A stretch of 64,000 bases of DNA from Balanoglossus misakiensis (taxonomy: Eukaryota > Animalia > Hemichordata). A program made the position numbers and the translations under genes. Position 1 is the stretch's first letter, and the number at the start of each line of letters is the position of its first letter. The notes below the pieces were generated by a model. That model had not been told where the DNA came from, made no database searches, and worked only from the letters and a program-made list of their open reading frames with translations. Location: NCBI GenBank assembly GCA_040954595.2, contig CM082581.2, positions 13,713,921-13,777,920 on the forward strand, given 5' to 3'. Shown one piece after another: positions 1 through 13,100 of the stretch.

Positions 1-2706
1 TTTGAGACAAAAGAAGGTGACTGAAATGTGTGATTGACAGCTCAAAGTGGCTGAAATTCTTCACAAAATATCACAGTATACACATCTAGGGCTCTAATGG
101 GGTGTTTTGATTGAATAGTCCAAATTTAAGGGAACAACGAAGCTTTTTAACAGTTACTCCTGTTTATTAGCACTTGTCAAACGGTCAATCGAAGTTCAAA
201 TTCCGCTTGAGTACAATTGGAAGAGGGGGTGGCGCGTTACCTGGGAAATCGCCACCCCCCCCCCCTCTCCCGCCCGTCACCACCGACCTTTTGGAGGCGG
301 AATAGCTCTACCTGATTAACGAGACGTCCCAAGAGTAAACGCTTTCGTATGAAGTGTGTCGAATTGAAAGGAAAGGACACGGCTATTTTGAGGCTTGCAT
401 TTAGCCAAGCGTGTCAGCATGTGCCAACGCAATAAAAACCAGAGATAAATCGGCGACGGTCCGACGTGAAACCGCCTTGTTTGCCAAGAACCAAACCCTT
501 ATTGGTATTTGGTGTAAATTCCAAACAGATATGCACGTTTGCCTTCCATAGGGTGTAGCACACGCGATTAAAGTACAACCGCTTTCAAACGCTAACTGCT
601 TTAAAAGTAATATTTTTTCACCAACTGAAATAACCGTGTTGATGAAAATTTGCAAAGTTGCCCCAAGGTCGCTGTCCTCTCCGAGATATTTTTCCGGACA
701 CTTCTGCCCTGGGGGTTTGGAAAAGTCAATGAAAAAACAAAATACTTTCATTCGTGACTATACCCCCTAGTTTCTTTGTTGGCGCCCCGCCTGTTATGTG
801 GCACAAGAAACCGGTCGGTCGCGGAGTCTGTTTCTGGATATTTGACGTTCTCCTTTCTCAGACTCAAATTCACTGTGTGAACTTTCAAAACATCTCGCGG
901 CAAATGTTTTGGTATGGTAACGAATTATTATTTCGTTACGTGGAATTGCCAACGGGACAGTCGTCGTCGTTGTTGTTTTTCCCCGGAGAAAGTGTTTACT
1001 GAAAATCGCGACTTTCCCTCGAGGTTGGACATAGAAGCCTGACGTCACAAACTATACCCCAAGGGTAACACGGGGTAATAAAAAGTGGAGCTGACCCTTT
1101 CTGTCGAAATATCGGCCGCATTTCACCAAATTCGAAATGAATTCCCGCTCGTTAGTGTGACAAATATATAAGTTTACGGAAGAAAAACAAATTAAAGAAA
1201 CCACGTCTGATAACATTGATTATGATAAGGAGACGTTACACGTGTAACCACGGAGTTTAATCTTTTTGGGTGGGCATCTTACAAGGACCGTAACGCAATG
1301 AGTCAGACCATTACAACAAACTTTGTATGCGGCGCTAATTTGCTGATAGGTGTGAAGTTCTCCTGGTTTTATGAGAGGGTGTGGTGGGAAGCTTTGACGT
1401 CCATGGGAAGTGATATGACCGAAGAAATTATCGCAATTACCACGGAATGTGACATCTTGTATGATGATCATTTCATATCTGTTTGACGACCGTTCTTTCA
1501 ATTAAAGATGGCGTCTGTAGAGGCAACGGACAAATTCTGGTGCAAAACATTCAGCGCTGCCTCGCAGATACTCGCGCAGCAACAGGTGCTGTCAACTTTA
1601 TTGCGTCGACCCCCACTATGTGTTAAAATATTCTGCTCGCGGCGCTCGAAATTCTTCGGCATAGTAAACCGCAGTAAATTATATCCCGAAACTAAGCAAG
1701 TCGCAGATCGAACATTCTGCCAAATACCCACGTGACCGCTCTGTCTTCATAAATGATCGCTTATTCCTGATCCGTGTTAACCTCTACCTATCTGCAGACA
1801 GCCTTTATAGACTGAGGAGTACAGTTGTAGGGGTTCCCTACAGGTCAAGCATTCGTGCATATGACAAATCGTCAAGACGATCTACCACAGTGTTTTGTGG
1901 GGAGCCTATAGTCTCTGTCAATTAATCAGAGAGTATATTTATGTGGAAAACTGGATACACGGAGTGTTGGCTTTTTTACCATGATGTGGTAAAATTTAAT
2001 TCGGTGCGCTTCTTACTTAGAGCGGTTTGTGGACGCCTGAGATATGAGTTCACGTGTAATCAATTCACCGCCCTCGGAATGGGCATCTTGACGACTGACA
2101 GATTACAGCCACCTCTCGCCACGGCTAGTGTTTACACCAACAGGCAAACAAAAACAACACAAAATATACACGGACGTGGAGAACACAAACAAAATAATAT
2201 AGAAGTGCGAAGCTGAGCAGCTTTCCATTTATTACACACGGTTGTGCACCGCCCCGACCAACGAAACCCATTGCTTTCTGTCGGCTCAACGAATACCTGA
2301 TACACACACGCTTAGACCAAGACTCGTCATGACCATCAAACTGCCGGAACGGGATTACCTACAGTAACTGCATTGATGTCAATGGTTAGAATTTCTCTGC
2401 GAGAAAACCGTTACACATCCGTCTTGTTCTCGCGAGCACTCAGAAGCGTACGCTCGGACCGCCGGAAAAACCTGACTAATTGAACGAAAAATACAGCCAT
2501 CCATCTTTGTGCCCCCCTTGAATATTATTGACCAGAACGTAAACGCTCGAAGCATGTGTTTGTCAGTTCTTTGCTGGTATGCATGCATGAAGTTATTCGC
2601 ATTAAGAAAACGGTCTACTGGAGTCGAAGCCATGATATACAGTTCTGTATGTGTTTTAACAGAACGAACTTTGTGCTCAAAAATATTTCTCCCTTTTCTC
2701 TTGCAG

Positions 2707-3099
2707 CGAAAAAGGCGGGATGATAATGTTTGGAGCTGCACTTTTCAAGAACAATATTCAGAAACACATTTCTCGATGTTTCGGTCCGTGGCGCACCCAG
2801 ATTGGTACCTGGGCTTTGGAAAATACGGACAAACCAAAAACGGACAGCGGATAAGGCGCGGTCAGAAAGCGACGGAGTTTTTGAAAAGGGAGGTGCCGGA
2901 GGAAGCCGAACTTACACACAGTCAAAGACTGGAAAAACAGCGAATTTTTGGCGAATTGTTCAGGACTTCTCGCCGTGCGTCGCGGTCGAAAAAGGACTCG
3001 CGGTCACACGACAAAGATGACAAACGGCCGCGCAACAAGAAGAAGAAGACGAAGAAGAAAAAGGAGAAAGCGTCGCCGCGGTCAAGTACAGAGCGGTAG
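2707..3099 (+). CDS. Terminal coding exon of a fibroblast growth factor (possibly FGF8/17/18-related); upstream exons not located in the window
   Basis: Pyrimidine tract and ttgcag acceptor at 2701-2706. Translation RKRRDDNVWSCTFQEQYSETHFSMFRSVAHPDWYLGFGKYGQTKNGQRIRRGQKATEFLKR matches the FGF C-terminal pattern (CxFxE...WYxxF..xG...FLKR). A Lys/Arg-rich tail follows, with TAG at 3097-3099. Subfamily assignment relies partly on NPM linkage. Confidence 0.85.
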   Translation, partial: RKRRDDNVWSCTFQEQYSETHFSMFRSVAHPDWYLGFGKYGQTKNGQRIRRGQKATEFLKREVPEEAELTHSQRLEKQRIFGELFRTSRRASRSKKDSRSHDKDDKRPRNKKKKTKKKKEKASPRSSTER

Positions 3100-5771
3100 C
3101 CCTAGATAATTTACGTAGAACTTCATCAATAGATGGTAGCAATATATAGTCTGAGGGCGCACTGACCGAGGAGATGAAGAGATGGAGTAAACGGAGAAAT
3201 GCCATGAAGGACGCGCATGTGCAGCAACCAAAAACAGGACGAGTCGGATTTGAAAACGAACGGCGTCCGGCAAATCATCCTCCTTACTCCCAGGCATGCG
3301 TATATCCCAGTCGTTTCAACTATGTGGTCAATCCATGTACATTTATGATTTGGATATTTTTATATTGAACTGTGTAATTTATATGCCAAAATGTGGTAAA
3401 GGCTTACATGAGAGAAGTTTTCTATATATTTAAATATTCTATTCTAATTTATTTTGCGATGTATTATACTTTGTACGATATGTATTTAAAGCATTGAAAA
3501 TGATGCGACAACGACACACCCTTGTTTGGGATATGTTTCAGTATCACCAACTGTTCCAGTATGGTATGATCGTATTTTTTCTCTATTGGGCAACAAGTGG
3601 TTCAACAAGCAACCTAGTACATGTATCGGGGGTGACGTAATACCAATTGGTATCAAGTTTTACAGCTTCCCCCAACTAACTACGCTATAACTGCAACTAA
3701 CACGCGAGGAAACAACGGCAATTTATTGTGCTTAAACGATCAAGGTTCGACAGTTTTCACGGAATTAAACTACACAGAAATGATGTCATACCTAGAAACC
3801 AGATTACATTTTGATGTGTGTACCTTATTTTCTGCTCCCCTGGCAATTACACCTGGTGTGTACGCTTTTATCCTGTTGGCATTGTTTTTCCAATCTTTAG
3901 ATCAACATGGCCGACAAGAACGGCGTGGCTGCTGTGATTGGTTGTTTTGTAACCAATCAGCTACTTGTCGCCAAAATATGCAAATACAATGGATCAAATT
4001 GTTTTTAAAGTTAGGCTGCCATTTTCTGAACATTATATGTCCAAGACAAACCGACCCTACAAGCTGACTTGAGCTCTAGTTTGTTCATTTGTATCTATGT
4101 TACATTCTGAGTTTATCAACCACGCCATTGATTACGTCTTACGTTCTTTCTGTCGGCTTTACCATCGTGCCAAAAGTATGTATTCTGACGGGAAACTAAA
4201 GAGAGACAAACTTGGAAAAGAGCATTTTGTCCGGGTGATAGCGATGGGATAAAAGGACCGTGTACTGTCCAATAATGACGATGGGTGCTCTATTTCGGTG
4301 TTAATGAAGAACTGGAATTGAAGTGGATTCGCCCAACTGTCTTAAACACGCTCTCCCCCGTAGAAAGTGGTCTCTTCCCTGTGATTGCACAAATCGCGCT
4401 AATTGTGGTGTTGGAGGTTTAATCGGGGTTTACTGGACCAAGTCCTCTGGGATACACCAGGAATATAAATTGAGCAAACTAACGACGACCGCATTTATCT
4501 TACCTCATCTTTTGGCATTTCTAAAATTTAGCCTTTTATAGGAAATTTTTACGTAGCGGCACCAAAGGCGCCTAGGAAGGTCTCCAAACACTGTTTTGAC
4601 TGATCTTAATGATTTCCCTTACGTCACGACGCGACTTTTTGCATAATTATACATGTATGCAGCTCGAATGTCGAGTAACCTGTACAAACTTTGTTAATAC
4701 GGGCACAATCAGTGTGTGACGTTTGCATGCAAGGTTTTCATTGCAAGCAAGGTTGACATACCTGAGACATACCGGTGTGGACCAAAGTATACTTAGTTTG
4801 ACGATGGAAATTATTTTCGAGATTTGTCGACCAGTGACGATTTACCAATCTTCACGTAACACATATTCAACGAACTACAGTCATATACAATTACAATTCA
4901 ATATTGGGATACATTGAACACAAATGAACACGACACGTGCCAATATTTTATCAACTAGCTGTGACGTCACTTTTTCATCTAACTACTTCCATTTCTTCAC
5001 AATATTCTCACTCATCATTTCGGCTTCATTCACAGAATCTCTTCATTATCTACCTGGTTCGTTCACAACCAGCAAACAAAGACAATCGAGAATTAATTGA
5101 CAAGTTTGGTAATGACCTCTAACGTTAAAGATACCACGACTTTCCTAAAGCAAATTAATTCGGGTCAAATCTTCCAAACAACGGTGATCTTTTCATTTAT
5201 ACTCTACTCTCTATAACTTATTCACTTCGACTAAAGATGTTTCTGTGTTGAAATGTAAACCTACACACACACCCTAGTTTTATACCAGGGCATTATGGGT
5301 GTTAGTACTATTTCTTCTTCGACTTTGAGCAAACTACCAAGCTAGAGCAGTTTGTATTTTCCGAGTTGTTGCTCAGCATGTTACACTCGTCTAGCAAAGC
5401 ATTAAAGATTATAATAAACAAAAAAGACAACCACAGGTTCGATTCAGACCTGCAAATAGCATTCCTATTGTGATCAGAAAAAAACATATATGTATATATT
5501 ATATTCTATTCCATAACTGTACCGTTTTTCGGCGTTACTGTTGAACGTGTAGCTCGTTGTATGTACTTAGTCACGAGGAGACCACAGGAAAGAAGTTGTA
5601 AATGTTTTCTACTGTCGAAGTTGTCATCTATGTTGTATTTTTTTATTTCCCAGTTCAAGTTCCTGTGCCAATTTGTATTTTTTGTTATAGTTCTTCATTT
5701 CTGGACAAAATATGAATTCACGTGAAGTTGTTAACTATACTGTTGAAGCAATCCCTAAAGGTGCTAAACTC

Positions 5772-5777
5772 AATAAA
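5772..5777 (+). terminator. Candidate polyadenylation signal for the FGF transcript (long AU-rich 3' UTR)
   Basis: AATAAA followed by GT-rich sequence. An alternative AATAAA lies near 5413. Confidence 0.35.
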
Positions 5778-8700
5778 AATTATGGTTATCCAAGTTGAAT
5801 CTCTGTCTGGTTGTCATGGTTACACTGAAGGGGACGACGGGATACAATATGGCTGACATTGTGAGAATCAATGGCTGAGTGACTGCATTGAAATAATTAT
5901 GTTCTCAAAACAATACACTCATTAACGCTAAAATTACATATCTTCCGTTTTTGCAAACGTTGTTTCATACCTGGAAATATTGTTTACTGTCTATGAAATT
6001 AAGAAAAGTATGTAGTATGCGCCATGTAGAAACAATCTATAAAGGAGCAAGCACATAAGATGTTCGAGATCTCTCCTGCCTTGAGTTCACTTTGAGGACA
6101 ACGAACTACAAACACAGAAATGATGAATTGGTGTTAATATTTCAAGAGAGAATCCCACGCTCATTCAAATTTATTTCACACTAAAGCTAAATGCACCGAC
6201 CTTTTCACCCGAAAAATTAATGTTGAACTGGTTTCCATAAATCTGTTGCAACCGAAAGTTCACCTATTGTCACATGTATTAGAAATCTGTAATGATGGTT
6301 CTAAAAATAAGAACACTAAATTATATCTGTGTGATTTCAGACCTTAAAGGTGCTTTTTGAAGCATGAACTGCTGATCTTTAAAACACTCCACACTATAAA
6401 TGAAATAACATAAACATGAGTGGTGATGATGGTTGGAGTATGGGTCAAGCCTACGAAAAAACACGTTATCAGGCTGAGAGATTGCTTTCCCCACAAATAC
6501 ACAATTCTCTTTGACGTTGCTAAGTTAAATATGGAAGTAGTCCCCACATAGACTCAGTGTAAACAGCCAATTCCACGTATTTGAAAACCTACAACATAAA
6601 TGACAAAGTAATTTGTGCACAATTAGGGAGTTGGCTACAGAACCGATGATCCCCTGTTGAAAGCGGTAGATGACCAAAGCACGACGGGAACATTCAATTT
6701 TGTCATTTTCCTTTTATATATCACCCACGCAATATTTCCATGCCAGAAAAATGAAAATATTCTAAGTGTTGGGTGGTCTTCTAAATGACAACCATACCTG
6801 AGCCGCCGATTAAGTTGTAACAAATTGGTATACATGCTGACGTCATGAACATATCTTACAAATAATTATCCTGTTTCCATAAAGAACTCACAACAATATT
6901 GATTGCCACAAAATTGCGCTCAACGATCAAATCACGGTGATTTTACGTCAAGAAAAGTGCAGAGTTAATTTCACAGTGACAACAACTTGGTTGAAGCGAA
7001 TTAACAAGCTCCCAGTGGGAAAGTCAATGTTTGTGGGGGCGAAGACGATCACGGGGCACCAGATCAACAAGATGACGTCAGCAATGCCCGCTACTGCAGC
7101 TCGTCAACAGTGACGTCAATTAAATTACGTCACACGTGTTTCAATGCGTCAGGTGTTGTTCAGTCGCTTTTAAAGTCACTAATGATATACGAACTTCTTA
7201 ATAAAGAGAATGAGAAAGTAAAACACGGACCTGCATCAATTACATTCACGTTAAAACTTAGTAGCGGTTGTTAATCGTTGACGAACTGTACACTATCGGC
7301 CACACGAGATCTCGCAGACTCTCGTTAAGTTCGGAAAATGGTCTATTCTGAGACGTGTATGTTCAAATGGAAAGTAAACGTACAAAACTTCCAGCTTTCT
7401 GCCACAACTTGCACATTAGTTAATGGTTTATCCACTATGACATTCAATGACACGAGAGTCGTGCATTGATTTATTTGATCAATCAACTGCCGCGCGGTTT
7501 TAATGTCTCAAACATTCCAAGTTGGAGCCAAAACAGGAGTATTACTCCGATAGTATTACACGGAAGCATAGCAAATTTCACCCACTCAAAATTTTGCCAA
7601 GATAATTTTTACGGAAATATACCATTGCGAATAATTTGTTATCATGACGTCCCAATTGGGAACAAACACTTTCTCGTGACGTCATGCCGACTTTACAAAT
7701 GATTGTTTCATTATTTGAAGTAAATTACAGCATTTAGCGATTAAACGCACGAGATTTTGACGTCATGTCATCTTTAATGTACACTCGTTTTCTCTACAAG
7801 GGCCGACTTTAAGACTTTTCCATTATTTTCTTTCTTCTATGTCAAATTTTAACAATAAATTAATATTTTGTTCAATTCATCGCTAATTTCCTTGACGCAT
7901 TTGCTCTATCACGACTAGTAAAGTCTGACGTGAAAATAGTCACACAAGTTTAGCACAAGCAATGTACTCTTGCATGCCATGGGCACCCTCTAATCCACGC
8001 TTTCTGTCTGTCCGCCGACACTTTGCTTATGATAAAACCTGTCATTTCTGAATGAAATATTCAGAAAGCGACTTTCAAATCATTGAATTTATTCTGAAAC
8101 CTATACCTCACGACATAAGCTGTCGAGCTCTTTTAGGGTCATTTACCTTTTGAAGCATGGTCTGGCCGTCAATACCGTTTGGGTGCGTTATTTCTTTCCC
8201 CTCTCCAGTCATAAAAAATCTCCAATGAAAGGGATGTTTGACCCGGGACAGGTGAGCCCGGTCGTTTAATGCCCAGAGCCCGCATATTTGGTGATAATCC
8301 GACCACACTGACAGAGGATGACCTGAATACACTGACAATCAGGTCTGTCTAACTACTTCCGACTCCAATCTCAACTTGACACCGCCCTTTTTTATCTTCA
8401 CTGTCATGACGACATACACCAAGCAGTTATTACATAGCTACAAGATCCGCGTGTGTAAAAAGTTATTCTCGTCTGTTGACGGTTTTTACAGGTAGGAAGT
8501 TGTGAAAAGTTTATACAGGCAGCCACTCTCAGAATGACCCACCCCCCCCCCCTAAAAAACACCCCAGCCTCCCAGGTAATATTGTTAGTCTCCGGGTTAT
8601 TTTTACGAAGATAAATGCGCAAGGTGTTATTTTTGTGAGGTATATTCTTGGCAGATACGATATTCAAAACACTCCGCATGAGAAAGTAATTTCGCCTTTA

Positions 8701-10181
8701 GCTGTAGACCTTGACTGTTATTGTGTGACGCACCTTCCATTCAAATCCGATATGCGCAATTCACATCAACAGCATTTTCCCCTTATCTTTTGCCCGTGCT
8801 ACCTTTAAAAATTAACTGTAAAGTCCTTTGTGAACGCTTTCAAAGACCACACAAAGGATATGCAATGAAATTGTACTTTTCATAAGAAAAATAACCAGTG
8901 CTTGGGGGGGGGGGGAATGCGCATGAAATATTTTGACATTGCACTAGGCCAAGACCCTGTGTCACTGCAAGGTGACATTGTTTTTCTACAGTGATGGGTT
9001 GACAGGCCTTTAAAGTGTAACCTTGGTGGTGCCAAACTTTAATGGCCAAAGTCATCCAAGCCTTTGGGCGATACTTATAAGTGACACAAATTAACGAGCT
9101 CCTACCTGTTTACTCTTGAATCTGTGAATGGTCTTCATTCAGACGGAAAATTCAAACATTTGCAAGGAACCTGTGTGTAAACAAACAGCAAGTCTAAATG
9201 TATGACAGTAAATGTATTACTATGATTTTAAGCTTAGAATAATAAAAACACAGTTTAATCAAATCCAATAAAATAAGTATTCATCTACGACCTATTTGGA
9301 ATTATTTCAGTAAGTTATAATGTCCAGCATGCATGCATGTTAAACTTTCAGTACATAAAAAATACACACTTCTCATCTCATCAGGTACACATGATCAAAA
9401 TCAAGAGCAGTAGGAATGAAAAACAAGTCAGTCTCTCCAGAAAGCCAATCGCATAAATTTATTCAAATTATACAACTATGGCATTGGTACAAATAAGCAT
9501 ATTGATATGTAATGCTAAGGTCTATTACATTTTAATCAAAAAAGGCCAAGACATATGTTTTTCACGTGTGCTGAGAATGGAATAAACCGAATGAAAAACA
9601 GCATCTGCACAACAAAATTGGCCTATCTGTAACACACTTCATGATTTGCTTGGAAATTTACTGAATTAGACTTTACGCTTCTATTATCCAATCATAATAC
9701 AGCTAACATTTTATTTGAGATAAATGTTTCAAGGTGTACGATGCAATACAATGTAAGGAATTCTGTGGCAAAAATTCTAAAAGAAAGTATATATGGCGGG
9801 GCAGTGAAAAAAGAGGTTTAAAAATATCAAAATATTTGTGGGTTTTGCTTCTTCACTGATCACACAGGGTCAAAGGTCGCAGAAATGATGGTTTTTGTAA
9901 GACTGACTCACTGTAGAAATAAAATAAGTAGAAATGAAGAACATAATTCAGCTTGTAGAACTGTAATGCCACACAAAATAAAAATGTATGCAGTGACATC
10001 ATCGACATCATTTGGAACCCACACATCGTACATCACTATCACAAATTAAAGATGACTACTTTTTGACAGCATTTAATAAATTCTATTACATATTTGAGAC
10101 ACAACTGTTTCATGATTATTCTGTGAGTTTCACAACCAAATTAAAAATTTTCTGTTTGTGTCAAAAGGCAAAAACTTGGAG

Positions 10182-13100
10182 TTATGCTTTCAGGTTCGTC
10201 TTCTGATGCCATGACCACAAGTCCTTGATTTTCTGTTGAAATAAAAAAACAAAAAAATACAAATGTTAAAAAGATGGTCTGAAACTGCAAGAAGGAGAGT
10301 CGGCAGTTGAGAGTGGATCAGTGCTCACGACACAAAAGTCTGGAGTGTTTAAAAGAAGCCCTTTCAAAAGTTGACTTCTCAAACACAGCATACATCAAGT
10401 CTGAATGACAGTGCAAGTTTGCTCTTGCTTGTAGTTACTGGAATGCACTTGAGGTAAAGTTGACACTCAAGTGCGTCCGGGGTTTGTGTACATATTTGCA
10501 GATGTTGACTACGGTCAGATGTACAGACTGTTGTGCTGTTGCTGAATCCATCCACTCTCATCACAATTTATGCAAGTTGGGAGATATTATTAAACTAATA
10601 TGATATTCGCTTCAATGTGGGATTACAGAAAGAGGTCTCATGAAAGTACATAACAATTTCCACAATACAGAATCGTGGTTAAGCTACACTCTGAAGACCC
10701 AAGAAAGTGTCGTCCCTAAATGTAACTACTATGCTCGCACTTTGATCTTCCACTAGCACAAATGTGTGCCTTTGGCAGCCTTAGTTCCCCCCCCCTCCCC
10801 CCCAGTTTTGGAACAAGACTACATGTAGGTCAGAATGATGAGTGATACATGCACAAAAGACAGACAACACCCCTGCCCCTTCCCCCCTCTCTCTCTCAAA
10901 CCACAATGTTGAATTATGAACCAACCATTCACTCCTCAGAGCTTTTCTGAATTCAAAACACAGTCTCTGCACTTCAAACACAAATGCATTACAATCAAAC
11001 AAAAAACCAACAAACGCATTCCTGTCTTACAATACTCACCGGGAATATTTGTTGTGGCTTTTTTATTTTCAACTGGACTATTTCCTGTTTACTCGAATTG
11101 GCCGCGAAAAAAAACCTTGCCGCGATGAAACCAGAGCCGAGACAGAATAAAAAACGTTCGCTAATTTCGAAGTAATTGCGGTACACTCCATTAACTGTTT
11201 TCAACAGTTTTTTCTTGATCCAGTATTTACACTAATTAGCAAGCCTAATTGCAGTCTTCACACAGACATTTTGTTGACATGTGAAGCCAAACTAAACAGC
11301 AGGCCCATTTACCGCCAGAGTAATTGAAAGCTTGAACTGCGCACTGGCCAATGCCGAAGATCTCTCTGATGTCAACACGCACTTCTGTAGAAAATCGACT
11401 CCAAAATTGATCGAAACAATGTAAACGCTCCGATTTCGGGAAAGAATACATATACAGAATACAGATGCCGGCGACGTACAAAGGCAGGAGGTTACATCAA
11501 ACAGCTCCAAGGAAGTCATATTTGAGCAGAGAAAACATGGTCTTTGTTGATAGTGACTTTACAAACACCTGGGATATGAACAATAAATTTGGGTGGATGG
11601 GTGGGTGGGGGGCGGGGGGGCAGTACGCTAATGCCCACGGGCTGTTTTCAATGCAAACCTCAGTAAAATCCCTACATATGTAATTCTCTGTGTATGCTAA
11701 GCTCAAGAACACTAGGCGGCACTGATTTGGGCCATTAAGCCCTATTGTTGCCTAATTACCAACTAATACCTCATAATTATGAGACTTTTGGCCCCATTTA
11801 CTTTTCAAACCAGCGTTATTGTTAAGCGACCTCTCTTTCAAGCCCCAGTGTTGTTTCTGGAATGGAAAGGTGCCCCAGATCTTTTCACAAGCAACCAGGA
11901 GCATTGATGAACCAGGATGAGCTAACTGCACATCTGAAAAGCACTCTCTCATAATTAGCCACATTACACCACTGCTCTGATCGACAGAGATAAGATTCAC
12001 CCCCTGGACCTACCTTTGCGTCTTCAACCTTGTATTTGTTCCGCACCCAATTTTCAAATTTGGGCTCTTTCTTGGGCAATGCTGGCGACTGCAAAAAATG
12101 AAAATGTACACAGTATGAGATTAAAATCAACAGAGTAGAAGTGTTTGTTAGGTCTGAGAAGTTTACAGTTATGTCCTCAGCTGATAAATAAAGTAAACTT
12201 TCCCTTAAAATATGAGATTCTGATGTTGGTTACCGTTACTTTCCATGGTTGCTAATACGAACGCATGCTGCCCTTTGGGGTTGTTGGTCTAATGTGTGTA
12301 TGCAAAATTCAGACTTATCAACGAATGTTGCAAAAATTGTATACATCAATGTAGAAATACTGCAAAAAGACTTTTTTCATCTTTTTTCCCTTGACAATCT
12401 GAATCGTCAAATTTTGAAAGTCTTCTTCCACTGCAAAGTGCCCCCCCCCCCCATTTAAGACCTTGCATAAAGACTGACAATAAACCTCCCCCCTGACACA
12501 CCCACCAGTAGATAAGCTCCCCCCAAGCCCCGCCCCAACAAGAAAAGCCCTCTTCTCCTCCCTTCTTTTGTCCCCACTGTATTTGAATATTACATCACAG
12601 GCAAGACAACACAAATCAAGAGCTTTGGGAAGTACATGAAAAGCTGGCTAAAACAAACAGGCTTTTGGAAACCAGGCCAGTTACACACCAAAGTATACTT
12701 ACAGCTTGGTGTTGTTGATTCAGTAAAACATCCTAAACAAACAAGCAACAGCTACAATGTGTGTCCAAGCACTTTCACCTAACTGTACATGGTGTACACT
12801 GTTCTGGTATGTTAATGAGCCTACTGAGTGAACTTTTTGGTGGTATTTTTGCATTTTTGGTATAAATGCCATCTTTTCATTCTAAACTATTCTCAGTATG
12901 TTGAAAACATCAGCCAGTAATCTTTAAAATCCACAATCTGGCATTGTTTTGATCATGATTTTTTTCATATAGTGGGAATTTACACCTGTAATCAACTTGC
13001 TGTCGACAGCTATACAACATGCAATAGAGCCATTGCCACAGGTTACAAACAGAAGCTCAGTTTATATTCAGAGACATTGACGCATCATTTGCAAAGCCAC

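Noticed and set aside
2509-2706. N-terminal part of the 196-aa ORF as FGF coding sequence
   Set aside because: No FGF similarity and it ends in a pyrimidine tract plus CAG, so it is intron read-through.
9106-9170. Exon-like segment on the minus strand downstream of NPM
   Set aside because: Lies beyond likely poly(A) signals (about 9460 and 9710), gives no recognisable peptide, and has no other support.
11040-11084. In-frame 45-nt candidate cassette exon (EIVQLKIKKPQQIFP) in the last NPM intron
   Set aside because: Weak pyrimidine tract. It would interrupt the three-helix C-terminal domain and abuts a decayed MITE-like sequence.
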